Shown here: piece by piece, positions 48,248 through 61,474 of the stretch
How positions within the stretch are numbered: position 1 is the first letter of the stretch
Layout: every line of letters begins with the position of its first letter
Source: Azolla caroliniana
Lineage: Eukaryota > Plantae > Polypodiophyta
Reading direction: 5' to 3'
DNA: 64,000 bases
NCBI GenBank assembly: GCA_043228905.1
Contig: JBHGNT010000001.1
Location: forward strand, 12,834,001 to 12,898,000
The notes under the pieces: model-generated
Seen by the model: only the letters and a program-made list of their open reading frames with translations
The model's database searches: none
What the model was told of the DNA's origin: nothing
Program-made: the position numbers and the translations under genes

Positions 48248-48966
48248 TGTTGTGAAGATTTCCGGCTACAATGAGAAAACCGAATGGATCGACCAAAATT
48301 GGTGAAGTGCACCGTGTGCACATGTACATTCGAAAATTTATATAAAATAAGACAGAAATTAAAGGGTGAAAAAGGCATTGATAGAGTTAATAAGTGGAAT
48401 AATTGTGATGTGTACCTTCACACGCATGTATACATCAAGGGTACTGGGGAAGTGTGAAAGAGGGAGGGTTTAAATGTACTTCTCTGGAAATCGAGGCAAA
48501 TATCTCCTCTGAAATAGAGGAATATTTGTCCCACATTGTAATGTCCTTCCCTCCTTGTAATATAAAACGAAGGAGAGGTGTCTTTTTAAGGGGTTTCCCA
48601 CTTTTTTGGTTTTCTCTCCGTCTTTCGGCTGTGGGGTTCCGTTTTTTGTTTTTTTGGTGTTTGCTTTTGCTCGACCTCGTATGATCCGAGGGTTTCGGTT
48701 TTTGCGGTGTCTTTTGTGCAAGGCCTCCACTCGCGGTGGTGAGCCTGTCAGCTCCCGACTGGAGGCTTGCATGTAGATACTCGTTATATCTAATCCATTT
48801 GGTCCATCTCAAAGCCGGAGATGTAATCCGCTCTTGCTTTGTATATACATATATAAGAAGTTGTGTCTAAACGGTGTCTCTGGTAGTGTCAGGTGTGTTC
48901 TCTCTTTTCTGATACCAATACAAGGTGTGTGTGTGTGGGTGAGTGTGTGTGTGATTGTGCGTGTGT

Positions 48967-49005
<39 letters not shown>

Positions 49006-52000
49006 CAGTTGTCCCTAGTACGTATACAGAACTGCCCATGTTAGTGCCACAGCCGGCGAAGCTCGGTTCTTCTGGATCCGTCTCTCTCTGGTCCAAGATC
49101 CCGGTGGTCCCCCCCGCCAGATCCTACACGTACACTCGTATTTCCGCGACATCTTTGGTGAACCCGACGTGAAAGGGTGGCAAGGGAGGATGGAGTTGGA
49201 AGACGAAGACTTCCCAGAGATGATGGCGAAAGTAGTGGTGGAGTTCGGACAAGTGACAATGAGACGAGAAGCGGCACAACAAGTTGTCGAGAGTGTGTTC
49301 AATCAAGTCGATCATTTCAACGGGGACAAAGTCCCATTCTATTTGGAAGCCTACAATCCAGAAATGGTGAGGAGGGACGTAAGATGAGGCGTTGAGGCAA
49401 GAATTCTTTTGTCGGGTGGTTGCCATCCGGAAGCACGCAGAAGTAAAGCAGCTTTGAGCACCACATAGTTCGTAGGAGGCCTTCAAAGAGGCACTCTTGG
49501 AGGCATACAGAGGGCGGCCAAAAAGCCAGGGTCGGTGCGACTTCGACCAGTGGGTTACATCGGTGAAGACCCACCAGAGGACAACGAAGGCATTCCTGGA
49601 GTTTGAGCGGTGCTTTGCTTGGCTCCTAGAGTGAGAACAAAGACTGGTGCGGGTGGATAAAGTCCTGTTGTTCATGAAGTCAATCGACCAAGTGGAACGG
49701 ATGACCATCAGAATCGAGCTCGAAAATGACGACGGAGAGAATGTCCTTACCAAGCTAGTTGAAAGTTAAACGGGTATGCCAATGGCTGGATAACGAGCGG
49801 CCTGCGAACAAAAAGGAGAAGATGATGTGCAACGGTGCACCATCACAGCAGGGAGCAGGCGCACAACAAGACAGACCAGCGAAGCTCAATGTCGAAGGCT
49901 GAAACCCTAGTTAAAGATCGAGGAAGAGGAGAGATCCAACACGTCGGCCTTCCGAATGACACGGACGTGGCCCATGCGGAGGCCGAGGGACGGTACGACA
50001 ATACCATAGGAGAGGGTGTGGAGCAAACCACCCTCTCTACTTGTGAAGAAAGACCGACCGAGGATAAGGTCGGATTTGGGGAGATGACGATCGTCGGTTC
50101 GGGACGAGACCAACAGTTTCAGCCACGACAGCCCAAAACTCCAGACATTGGAGAAGCAAGCCCCGTAGGGGCTTGCGCGATCTAAGAAGTGATATAGCTA
50201 CTGACTGCAATATCAAGGAGTCGGCTGGTATGGACAACTCGACAGAAGGCGAAGTTATGATATTGTTCCCCACACTGGATCCAGAGACTTTGGCGGTCAC
50301 GTCCGTGAGCCGATATAAGACCGGAGAGATGGAAGATGGTGGTGGGGATGCCAAGGACGACAAGGACGACGAATTGGAGGTCGGACAAAGATGTCCCTCC
50401 ACACCTTTTCCGGACACTTCAGCGGTCGAGCACATGTGCAGACGTGAGGTCAGAGAGAAGGAAGGTGGCAACGACGCGACATGGTCTGAGAGAAAAGATA
50501 GAGGCAAAGAAAAGAAGGACGGTCCTAGGTGTCTCCTCACACTTGATCCGGAGACTTCGGCAGTCGGGCCTGACAGGCGACATGAGACCGGAGAGATGGA
50601 GGGTGGCAGCGGGAGACCAAGGATCGGTGACACGGAGAAGAATAAATGGAACGGTCCCTCCACATCAAATCCGGAGACATCGGTGGTCGGGCCCGTGAGC
50701 TGACGTGAGACCAAGGAGAAGGATGGTGGCAGTGACAAGACATGGTCTGAGACCAGTGTGTGCGTAAAGAACGATGGGGCCGGTGAAGCAGCCAAAGAAG
50801 AAACCATGGCGGGTGCTAACGAGGGAGTTGGTAACCGGCCCGAAGAGGAGACCGACTTCGCCGAGGCAAGTCGGTTGGGCACTTTTCGCCGGATTTGACT
50901 TGGCCGTAAGTCGGCCCATGTAAAGACCAACTGTATGAACCGGCGATTGGACGAAACCGATCCAAAGAGGTGGCAATTCGGCCCAATTGGAGGAGGAAGC
51001 AGGAAGGGCCGGTGATCCTAGACGAAGATGGAGGTGGAGAAGAGCCCTCCATACTGATTCCGGAGACTTCGGCGGTCGCGCCCATGAGCCGACGTGAGAC
51101 CGGAGAGATCGAAGGTGGAGGCATGGAGACCTGGCATGATGCCAACAAAGATAGAAGGAAGAAGAGCCCTCCACATCTGTTCCGAATACTTCAACAGTCA
51201 CGCCTAAGATCCGACTGTTGACCGGAGATATGGAATTTGGTGGCGAGGAGACCTAGGACAATGCCAGCATGCACATATGAGAGGTGTCCTACGATGAGGC
51301 CAAGGATAAACCGTAGGAGAACAAGCTGAAGATGAGAGAGGCGATACCGAGGAAGGGAAAGTCGAAAGTCGGCCCGACCGGAAGACGATCCAGTTGGCAT
51401 TCCGACTCGAATGGAGCACGAACTGAAAATGGATCACTCGAGCAAAATTGGCCCAACATACACGACATCGACCAAACGAGAGAAGAGAGGCAGTCGGGGT
51501 CGATCGACTGAGGACGGGTCCAAATGGAGGCCGAGAATGTCGAGCCTCTGATTATCAAGCCGAACAGAAGTCAAACCAATCCGATCGGGGGTTGGAGGAG
51601 ACAAGACCAGTGCACGCGGAGAAGGGATTGAGCAAGGTCGGTGGCCACAAAGAGAAGGCCCAAGAGGGATCCTCCACACCTAACCCAAAGACTTCGGCAA
51701 ATGCAGGCCAATGTAAAACCAGGGAGACGTAAGGTGGCGGCAAGGGGACAATGGTCAGAACAGACAAAGGCACCGAAAGAATCGAACAAAGTGTCGTGGA
51801 GAAGGATGGAGCCCAAGCGGGCCAATCGAACAAGAAGGGTGCTCCTCGAAGCGGAGAAATGTTACCGGAGTCTACGAAGGACACCAAACCAAAGAACCCT
51901 GACTTGGGTGTCGGGGAGGAAGTTTACTTTACCGAAGGAGTACACAGAAGGAGGAGACGAGAAACGTGTAATGTGGCCACGTAAGGGCCGAGTGTCAAGC

Positions 52001-52030
52001 ACGAAGGAGAACGACGGCGCAAGAAGGAGG
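48248..52030 (+). mobile_element. Second Trp-primed gypsy relative: LTR, PBS, degenerate gag with repetitive extension, truncated
   Basis: LTR 48248-49151 (TGTTGTGAAGATT..CGACA) preceded by CCGG. PBS TGGTGAACCCGACGTGA 49156-49172. gag FNGDKVPFYLEAY. The 3' limit is approximate. Confidence 0.82.
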
Positions 52031-52102
52031 ACTCCCTTGCCGTAAGCCGCTTTACGGAGAGTTGGTGCTACCGTAAGCGCCTCCTTTAGTCTCCGGACCG
52101 AC

Positions 52103-54543
52103 TGGCGTATGTCGACACGAAAACTCTCGCCGTATTCCTTCTTTCCGTAGAAACGCCGAAAATTCATCGGAGAAGTACTCCTTGCCTCCATCCGACCGAA
52201 CACATCGTACATGTCGGCCGGTGGCTTTCTCGACTTCATTCTTAAATTTTTGGAAGTGTCTGAACACTTCGCTCTTTTGTCGCATCGGGTAGATCCAAGT
52301 GTGCCTAGAGAAGTCGTCGATGAAAGTCACATAGTATCGGCATTCGCCGAATGTCGCCATTTGAGCCAGACCCCATACATCAGAAGGAATTACGTCGAGA
52401 ACGCCTTCGCTCACGTTCCGCTCCTTTGGAAATGGGTGCCGATGTTGCTTGCCGAATTGGCAAGCAGCACACACGCCTTCAATCTCTTTCTTTGTGAATG
52501 TCGGGAGCCCAATGACGACTCCTTGAGCTTTTGGAGGTTGATATAGCCAATCCGCTTGTGCCATAACTCTATGTCGGAATCGGCTTTCATGCCCTTTGCG
52601 AACATGGCCGATTTCATCTCGTGTGAGTCGAGAATGAACATTCGGCCCTCTCTTCATCCGCGAGTGATGAGTCGGCCCTCTTTTTCGATGAAGCAACCGC
52701 CTTGATTAAATCAAACTTGCATTCCTTGCTCTACAATTTGGCCGACGGAGACCAAATTCTTCGTGGTAGTTGGTACACGCAAGACATTTTTAATGTAAGT
52801 TTGCTTACCTTCTTCTCCGAACGGAACATTGCCGATATGCCGAATCGGGTGCGTACTGTCGTCTTCGGTTTCGACATAGCCGAGTGGGTCCAGCTCTCGA
52901 AGTTCTCAAAACCATTCTTGATGCAATGTCATATGGTTCGAGGCATCGGAATCGACGAACCATACGTCTTCCAGACTGGAGGCACTAGTAGAGGTAGACG
53001 CCGTCATAGAATTCGCTCTATGTCTCATCACGAACATTCCGTCGTGATCGTTATAGTCGGAGTTGTTGGGGTGCGTAATTGGTGAGTTGTCAGCTAGTGG
53101 AAGCCAACTCGCATATCTTCTTACGGCATTCTTCTTCGTGGTGGCCGATTTTTCCGCAATATCCGCATTCGACCGAGCTTTGTCGGTTCGGAACGGAATG
53201 GAAGCTTCCCCTTCTTTCGAAGGTTCCTCAATGGTTTCCATCTTGATGTCGAACTTGCGAGTTGTTTTCATAAGTCGGGCCTCGTCTGCCTCGTCCTTGG
53301 CTGAATCGGCCTCTTCTTGCATGGCCACGTCCTCTTCCTCCGTTCAAATGCGTGTAGAGTATGTGGCCTTTCGAGGCGTTGCTCCTTGTTCGAACATGAT
53401 TCTCTTCCACCAACAACATGGATTGAAGATCGAAGAAGGAGGGCGGATTCTCCCGTGCTAGTACGGCGGTTCGCATCGTGCCGAATCGTGGTGCAAGGCC
53501 ACCGAGACATACTTGCACCATCTCTTCATCCTCCATGTTTACGCTTATCGAGCTGAGCGAATCATAAAGCTCCTTGATCTTCAAGGTGTAGCTCGTGATG
53601 GACATATCCCTTTGTTGGATATTATTCAACTCTTGGCGGAGTTGAAGCCGGTAGTGTTGGCGGCGAAAATCTTTCGTAGATTCTCCCATGCTTCCTTCGG
53701 CGTCTTGGCTTCTCGAATGTACCCGAGCATGTGGTCGTGAACACATGTCACCAAGCAATACATCACTCGGCTTGCCGCTTGCTCCCACGTTGCATAGTTG
53801 GCGTCTTCCGGGTTGGGCCGATTTTCTTGTGCTCCTTTGATGTAGCTCCGATAGCCTTGGCCGACAAGGTATTGGTGCATCTTGCACTCCCAAGATGCAA
53901 AGTTGTTGCGATCCAACTTCTCGCTAGGGAGAGCGCTCCCCATTTGAGTATTCATTGTCGATGTAGATTTCTTCCTTCTCTCTCGAGCACGAGCTATGTA
54001 GTCGCACTACAATAGCGATGAGCCGGTTCTTCTTGAACGTCGGCGTAGAGCACAACACACGATCACGATGAGGCGAGTGGGCTAGATTGAGCTACCAAAT
54101 CGCTCTGATACCATGTAAAGAATCGGGTATGATTCTTGTGTAGCGGAAGAGATGTGTGTTATGTGTATGTGTGAGAGGAATTAGAGAAGAGATGAGAGAA
54201 CACTAGATAGATAGACAAGAGAATCAAATACTCAAGAAGAAGGTGTATATTTCACAAGTAGAATAAGAATTACAAAATGTAGCATAATAAGGAGTCACAA
54301 CCGACCTAGTATGAAGTATGAGGAGGGTGCTTTATATAGAGTCACCCTCTCTCTTCATTAACTTTACAACATCGATTCTCTCTCTCTTGGGGAATGTGAA
54401 GATTCATAGTCATGGGGAATATGTAACTCATTAGTTATGTGTCATAGAATATGATTCTATGACACAAAGTTAATGTGTAGAGAGTAGTGATGTCACTCTT
54501 GACTTTTGAGTAATCATAGATTCTCAAAAGGTGTGTTCACACA
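52103..54543 (-). mobile_element. 5' half of a copia element (LTR, PBS, gag, PR, INT core); same family as 10875-12517
   Basis: LTR about 54114-54543. PBS GCTCTGATACCA 54102-54113. MNTQMGSALPSEKLD, WFVDSDAS, LWHKRIG, VTFIDDFSR, RSDGGKEY. Confidence 0.9.
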
Positions 54544-57500
54544 TTGTGCAATGTTGAGCTTGATTCTCTGTATGTGGAGGATATAAATATGTTGGATGGG
54601 GTGGATGATACAGAATTAGAGGTATACCTAGACGAGCACCCTCGGATTATTCCGCTGTTCAAAATCGACGTCATCGAAACCGCGGAGGAATATGCCACAC
54701 CCGCTACACTCCACAACGAGGCTTACGAACCAAACCCGGAGTCAATATTAGAACTAAGTAGAGCACGGGCAGCGTTCGAGAGGGAAATGGAAATTTCACG
54801 GCGAGTCACCGCCTCAGCCCTGGAAGAAGTAAACGTGGGTACAGCATCAGAACCTTGATTCCTCTCCATCGCAAAAGAATTACTACCAGATCAGAGAGAC
54901 GCGATGATAGCACTACTCAGGAAGTATAAAGATGTGTTCGCTTGGGCCCACGAGGACATGAAGGGGTTAGATCCGAAGTTCTACCAACATAAGATCAATT
55001 TAGCAACCGACGCAAAACCGGTCCAGCAGCGTCGATACTGTATGAACCCAAATTACGTGGCCCGCGTAAAAGAAGAAATTGACAAACTCCTGAAGGCCGG
55101 ATTCATTCGACCAGTTAAACAAGCTACATGGTTAAGCCCGATAGTAGTCGTACCAAAGAAAAATGGTAAAATACGTGTATGAATGGACTACCAGAAATTG
55201 AATGCCGTAACCATTACGGACGCATTCCCTTTACCATTCACCGATAGCGTACTGGACCCTGTCGCGGGGCATGACATGTACAGCTATTTAGATGGCTTCA
55301 GTGGGTACAACCAAGTACGCATGCACCCCAACGACCAAGAGAAGACGGCGTTTGTCACGGACTGGGGAGTCTATGTCGTAGACGTCATGATGTTCGGGCT
55401 AAAGACGGTGCTGGCGACATTTGAACAGACAATCACGGTGATTTTTGGGGAATATATTCCGGCCTTCATGCAAGTTTTTTTAGATGATTTCGCGGTATAT
55501 GGGACAACAACTAACCATTTTATGCATCTGCAACTTTGCCTAGAGCGTTGCCAAACCGCATGCTTAAGCCTGAATCCTGCCAAATATGCCTTCGGCGTTA
55601 CCAATGGGGCTCTCCTTGGCCATATAGTCAGAAAGGAAGGGATAGCGGTCGATTCGAATAAAATCTCCGCGATTACTCACTCAAAAACGCCGACAAACGC
55701 GAAATCACTCGGCCGGTTTTTAGGGCAAATACAATGGCACAATCGGATGATACGCTATTTGGCGGACTTCGCCACGCTGTTACATGCCGCCGTTCATCAA
55801 ACTCCCTTCCAATGGACAGCTACGGAAGAGAAGGCATATGATGCGCTAAAGGTAATGCTAACGCAGGCACCCGTCGTACAGCCACCAGTTTGGGCGAAGC
55901 CATTCCACGTGTTCGTAGATGCCTCAAACATAGCAATAGGTAGTGCGCTAATGCAGCTCACAGAGCCGAATTGGTACCGGTCGGTGTACTACGCTAGTCG
56001 GAAATTATCAATGGCTCAGCGTAACTATTCCACAACGGAACGTGAGGCGTTGGGTATGATCTACAACATCAATAAGTTTTGGCATTATCTACTAGGGCGG
56101 AAATTCACGTTTCACGTGGATCATTCGGCACAGCTATATTTGGTAGGGAAACAAGCGCTGACGGGGAAATTGGCGAGATGGATGTTGTTGCTTCAAGAAT
56201 TCGACTTTGTAATTCAGCACCGCCTGGGTACGCAACACGTAGTGGTAGATTTTTTGAGCCGACTCGATAATGGAGAAATGGCGTAGAAGGATGACGACGA
56301 CTTTCTGGATGCAGACATTCTGCAGGTAGCAACGCTAGCAGAACGAACGGAAAAGACTTTCCCGGATCGGTGGCTCATGGAAATGACCTACTTCCTGACC
56401 ACGGGGTTACCGCCACCCTAATTAAGGACGGACGAGAAAAAACGGTTGGCCGTATGAAGTCGAAATTTCTGTTTAGTGGAAGACATACTATACCACAATG
56501 GCAGTGACGGCATCTGGAGGCGCGGAATACGGCAGGATGAGAGGGCCGCAGTTCTACACGAAGCCCATTGTGGTATGGCGGGAGGACATTACGTGGGCGA
56601 TGTTATGGCCCGGAAAATTTGGCACGCAGAACTTTGGTGGCCGACGACACAAAAGGACGCGTATAAATATTGCAGACAGTGCGATTTATGCCAACGACTG
56701 GGCCAGCCCACGGAAGTCACAAGAATGCCACACCAACCAGTGTTGCCACTAGATCCTTTCCAAATGTGGGGGTTAGATTTCGTGGGACCCTTTACCCCGG
56801 CGGCCGCTCGAACAGGCAATAAGTACATCCTGGTGGCTACGGATTATTGTACCAAGTGGGTAGAAGCGAAACCACTACGCGAGAATAACGTGAAACTCCT
56901 TTACGAACACATCTAGTGTCGTTTCGGCTGCACTATCGAGCTCGTTAGTGACCAAGGGAGTCACTTTCTGAATACAGTCATCAGCGAACTGACCCAACAT
57001 TACGTTGTGGTGCACAAAAAAAGTACGCCGTATTACCCGCAGGCAAAAGGCTTGGCGGAATCCACGAACAAAACCCTCCAAACTATCCTCAAAAAGATAG
57101 TCAATGAGAATAGGACAGATTGGGACACCAAGTTGCATAGCGCGTTATGGGCATACTGTACCAGCTATAAGACCAGCATACAATCAACATCGTTCAGGCT
57201 AGCATTTGATCTAGAGGCTGTGATGCCAATCGAATTCTAGGTACCCAGTCTGCGGATTCAAATACGAGCCCGGCTATCAGAGGGCAAATCCAAACAAGTA
57301 TGGCTACAGCAACTACTAGAGCTAGGAGAAACAAGGTTACATAGTATGGCCATATTATAGCAGGAACAGCGGCAGCGCAAAGCATTCGTGGACCGACATC
57401 GGCATGCACGTGAAAAAGATTTTACGGTGGGAAAAGCGGTATTAGTTTTCCAAACACGCATGGGGCATATGCCAGGAAAATTAAGATTCTGCTGGACAGG

Positions 57501-58688
57501 CCCGTACTGGATAGTAGGAGCCGAACAAGGCACGTTTCAACTTGGCACATTGGCCATGGAAGTGTTACAACAAAAAGTGAATGTGTTTCGCCTTAAACCT
57601 TATCTGGGACCTACGCCACCTAACCCGTTCCCCGCCGGACAGGACAAAGCTGGAGAATCCGCGGAGTAAGTAGACGGCCCCACTTGTATTATAGTGTAAA
57701 AATAGTATTGTATGTAACCGTTACGAAAAAAACAATACAAAAAAAGAGAAGATAGCGACGCTATTAAAAGGACTTAAGGCATGCACAGACTTCTAGGCCA
57801 AGAACACGCGGCACCACAATGGCTCACCGACCAATGAACCCTAGGCCACAAAAAGAAGGAAATAGAAGGTTTTCTGCACAATACAGAAATCAGCATTCTA
57901 ACTCTCATCGCTCTCATCGCTCTCATCCCTCTTCTACATCCTATCACAGAGCTCAAGCTCGCCGCAGCCAACAGTTTTCACCCATTACACACGAGTCTAT
58001 TCCGACTATGCCGATATCCATATCTACCGCCTTGCGTTGATGGCTCGTGGAGAAACACTTGGATGGTTACATCAAAGTCGCTGAGGCACCTCCACACCCT
58101 GACACAATGGACATCGCTAGGAAGCTCCACATCGACACGGTCACCAACTCATCCATCCGGAAAAAACTAGACCTGTCATCACTGGGTGAAAGGCATTTCA
58201 AAATCCCTTCTGCAGAATCCCTGCAGAGATATTTCGGTCCATATTCGTCATCCGCCAAGGCATATAGAACGAAGGAGATCCCAGATCCCTTTTTCCGCGA
58301 AATCGCCAAGTTCCTATTGGAGGTCGGATGCGTACATGTAAACGCATATGGAATGCCCAAGCAGAAGGCAGGTATCATCATTGATACCTTTGAACGGCAT
58401 ATGGTCGATTGGGGGGTCATTACAGGGTCGGCGTTACAGGAAGGCCTGCACGCGTATCAAAGAGGCAAAAAGCCCAGGCCTATCATACAACAGTATCTGA
58501 TGATACTATTCCCACCCCGAGGTCTACCGGCACCGCAACCCAGCAAACCCACGCCGCCGCCTCGATTCGCAAAGCGAAGGTTAGCGGAGTTAGCCACCCC
58601 AGAGTGGGAGGATGAACCCCAACCCACCCAGTCGAACATGCAAACAACATAGGAAGAGCAGGTTGAGCGCACCGAGGAAGTGGCACAG

Positions 58689-59011
58689 TGTAGGGAATGA
58701 ACAAAGCCGTCAGTGCGGAAGAGATCACACAGTATGAATCTGTGAGGAAGAAATACCTGCGTATGAGAGAGGCAAGAACAAATTACGTACAGGGAGAGAG
58801 AGAGAGAGAGAGGCACAAAGCATATATCTATATTCATAAAAGGGCAACAGTTACAACAACAAACAACCAACCTTTACAAAAGGTTACAAAGTCACTTTAT
58901 ATAGTGACTCACATAGGGCAACTGCCCTTTATGTTATTTACAGAAATAGCCCGAACTTGGGCTCTCTAAGAGAATAGTGTGAATACGTCCATTATACATT
59001 TGTATTCGACA
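58689..59011 (-). mobile_element. Solo LTR related to the copia at 3635-9069
   Basis: Minus strand starts TGTCGAATACAAATGTATAATGGACGTATTCACACTAT, like 3635. Perfect TSD CACAG. Confidence 0.92.
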
Positions 59012-59663
59012 CACAGGAGCCAGAAGCCGAACCACGACAGGAAAGCCCGAGGCCAAAATGGCAGAGACTGGACAGGAAAAATGGGCGCGGGTTAGTTAAA
59101 GACACACTCACGACCGCGGAGACGACAACCGTGAGCCCAACACCACCTTCGAAGTAATCCGGGAACCACGGTCGATCATTACGGCCCAGTTACAACGGGG
59201 GAAAGATGTATTGACGGCGGAAAGCGAGGTCCTGGCGTATCCAAACATTCTAGACACGGCCCATGAGTTCAGCGCACTATTACAATTCGGAACCACTTTT
59301 GAACTCATGGAATTCTTGACAACGCAACAAATAAAAGTCTCACAACGAATGGCCGAGGAGCACGCGGAGCGCCAAATGATCGAGCGTGCGTTAACACAAA
59401 CGACGGAAAGCAACAATGAGGATCAGTTAGCCAGAATCGGCAGGCAGAGGAACGTCGGTATACGCCGAATGGGGATGGAACTACCCCCATTAAACGAGGC
59501 CCTTGTCGAAGTTCATAGGGAACTAGCAAAGGTCAGTATGGGCGCCAATGATATGGCTCCACCAACAACCAACGTCGTTGAAACCCTGAGGGAAGAAGTT
59601 GAAGCTCAGACCGCCATTGCCTCGAAAGCGAAACGGGTTGTGCAACTGGCGGAATCAGAGATT

Positions 59664-60279
59664 TGACGAGAACTACACGTCCCCTATGCGCAATGCTCGG
59701 CCACAACCGATCTTAGAATCATACACAAAAAACAGGAATGAATGCACGACACAGTGAAGAGAAGAGTGCACAGGATGTTTACGTGGAAAACCCAAATTAG
59801 GGAAAAAACCATGGCAACCCACAGGCTGCAAACTATCACTATGTTACAGTGTACAACAGTAAAGCGTCGAGGCAACAACCTTGAGCTTTCTATCTTCGCC
59901 ACAGGTGGCGGTTACAACAGAGGAAACGACCTCTTCCTCTCTCTCTCTCTCTCACTCTGTACACAGTTACGCGCTCTAATCTTTTGCAAACAAGAAAATC
60001 ACACACACTCATAAGTTTTCCCTAAGTCATATTTATATTAATATGACTTTCCGGCTATTTACAAATATAGCCCCGATGGACTCTCAGAAAACATATTTAC
60101 GAATATGTCTCTTCATTCGGTGAGCACTCCTCACCGAGTCTGCACCATCCGGCTCTCCGTAGCCGGGTTCTCCTCATCCGGTTCTCACCGGGTCTGCACC
60201 ATCTGGCTCTCCGTAGCCGGGTTCTCTTCATCAACACTATTCTTCTCCCTTCCCATCCGGAGGGACCTGTCTCCCAACA
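59664..60279 (-). mobile_element. Solo LTR (family of 27223 and 28160)
   Basis: TG..CA ends; perfect TSD AGATT. Host frame AESEI|DRLCAE rejoins. Confidence 0.92.
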
Positions 60280-61474
60280 AGATTGATCGTCTCTGCGCCG
60301 AACTTCCCCAGTCCTCGAATAGAGAAAAGGACATCTAGGCCAACGACCAAAAGGCAGTGAAGACGCTTGAAGAGAAACTCGCAATGGAGACAGCACAGCA
60401 CACTCAAACGAAAGAAGAAAATGCCCAATTACGGGAGGAAGAGAAAAAATCGGAAGCGGCAATCACGGGACTCCGGGCCTTATTGGAGAAGAAGAAAGCA
60501 TGGTTCGACGAGCAGCTGGTTGGAGAACAGGAGAGGAGGCATCAGCTAGAAATCCGCCTGAACAATGAAATGGGAAAACTGGAAGAACTACATTCGAAGG
60601 AATCCCAACTCTAGGCAGGAATGAAGAGCACTTATGAGGAAGCGGCGGCGGTTAGTCAACAAGAAATTGCAAACCTCAAGAAATCCGTAGAAGAAGCACG
60701 CAATCGTTGCAAAGCCATAATAGACCACGTGCGCATCCTTCTGCAAACGAATCGGGAGAGGTTTACGGCGCAATTAAAATCAGCACTAGACAATGGATGG
60801 ATGGTGTGGTGTGCACAAGCGGCGGAATTGCATACGTATCGGGCAGACTGGGAGAACCGAAGGAAAGACGACTGAGGGTTCTCCAAACTCAATGAGGAAA
60901 GCATTGCGGCAGTATGCGAGGACCAACATTCTGAGGAACTCGCACAGCTGCTAGATGATTTTGGCGAAAGTCAGGAGGACCTGTTTCACCAGATCACGCA
61001 AGCCGGCAGCACGCGAACAAACGAGGAATCCATCGCGATACCAATTCCGGATACTGCCGAACAAGAGCAACCTCAGCCCATGTCACCAGAAATTACCACT
61101 ACAGTGAACAGCACGGAACGGCGAGCGGAGCCCCCCGCAATACCAGACAGTGAAACCTCCGACCAAGAGGAACCCCACCCACTGGAGCATACGCTTACGG
61201 CCGACATCACGGAGGAAGTTACAGACAAAACAAAACCGTGACCTACCACAAGCCCGCGAACAGCTGAACCCACCCCAATCGCCCAAGAAGATCCAGCAGA
61301 ACCCGGACCACCCACACAAGAAGCCAACGACACCATGGGAAGCCCTCCCGACCAAGCAGGGGAACCACACAACAACAAGTCTACGGGCCCTACACCATCC
61401 CCGGATCCAGACACCGTAGCAGAACCAAACATCAGGGCCATTTTGGAGGAAGATTAAAGGGGTGGGTCCGACGT

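Larger units (their letters stand above)
54544..61474 (+). mobile_element. Degenerate Athila/Tat-like gypsy element: RT-RNase H-INT plus a long downstream extra ORF
   Basis: [48 protein letters not shown] (54544-57669). Sense-strand ORF remnants about 57780-61470. No LTRs within the window. Confidence 0.88.

Noticed and set aside
50037-50930. 297-aa minus-strand ORF and other antisense ORFs across retroelements
   Set aside because: Shadow frames of GC-rich or repetitive sense-strand sequence with no domain motifs.
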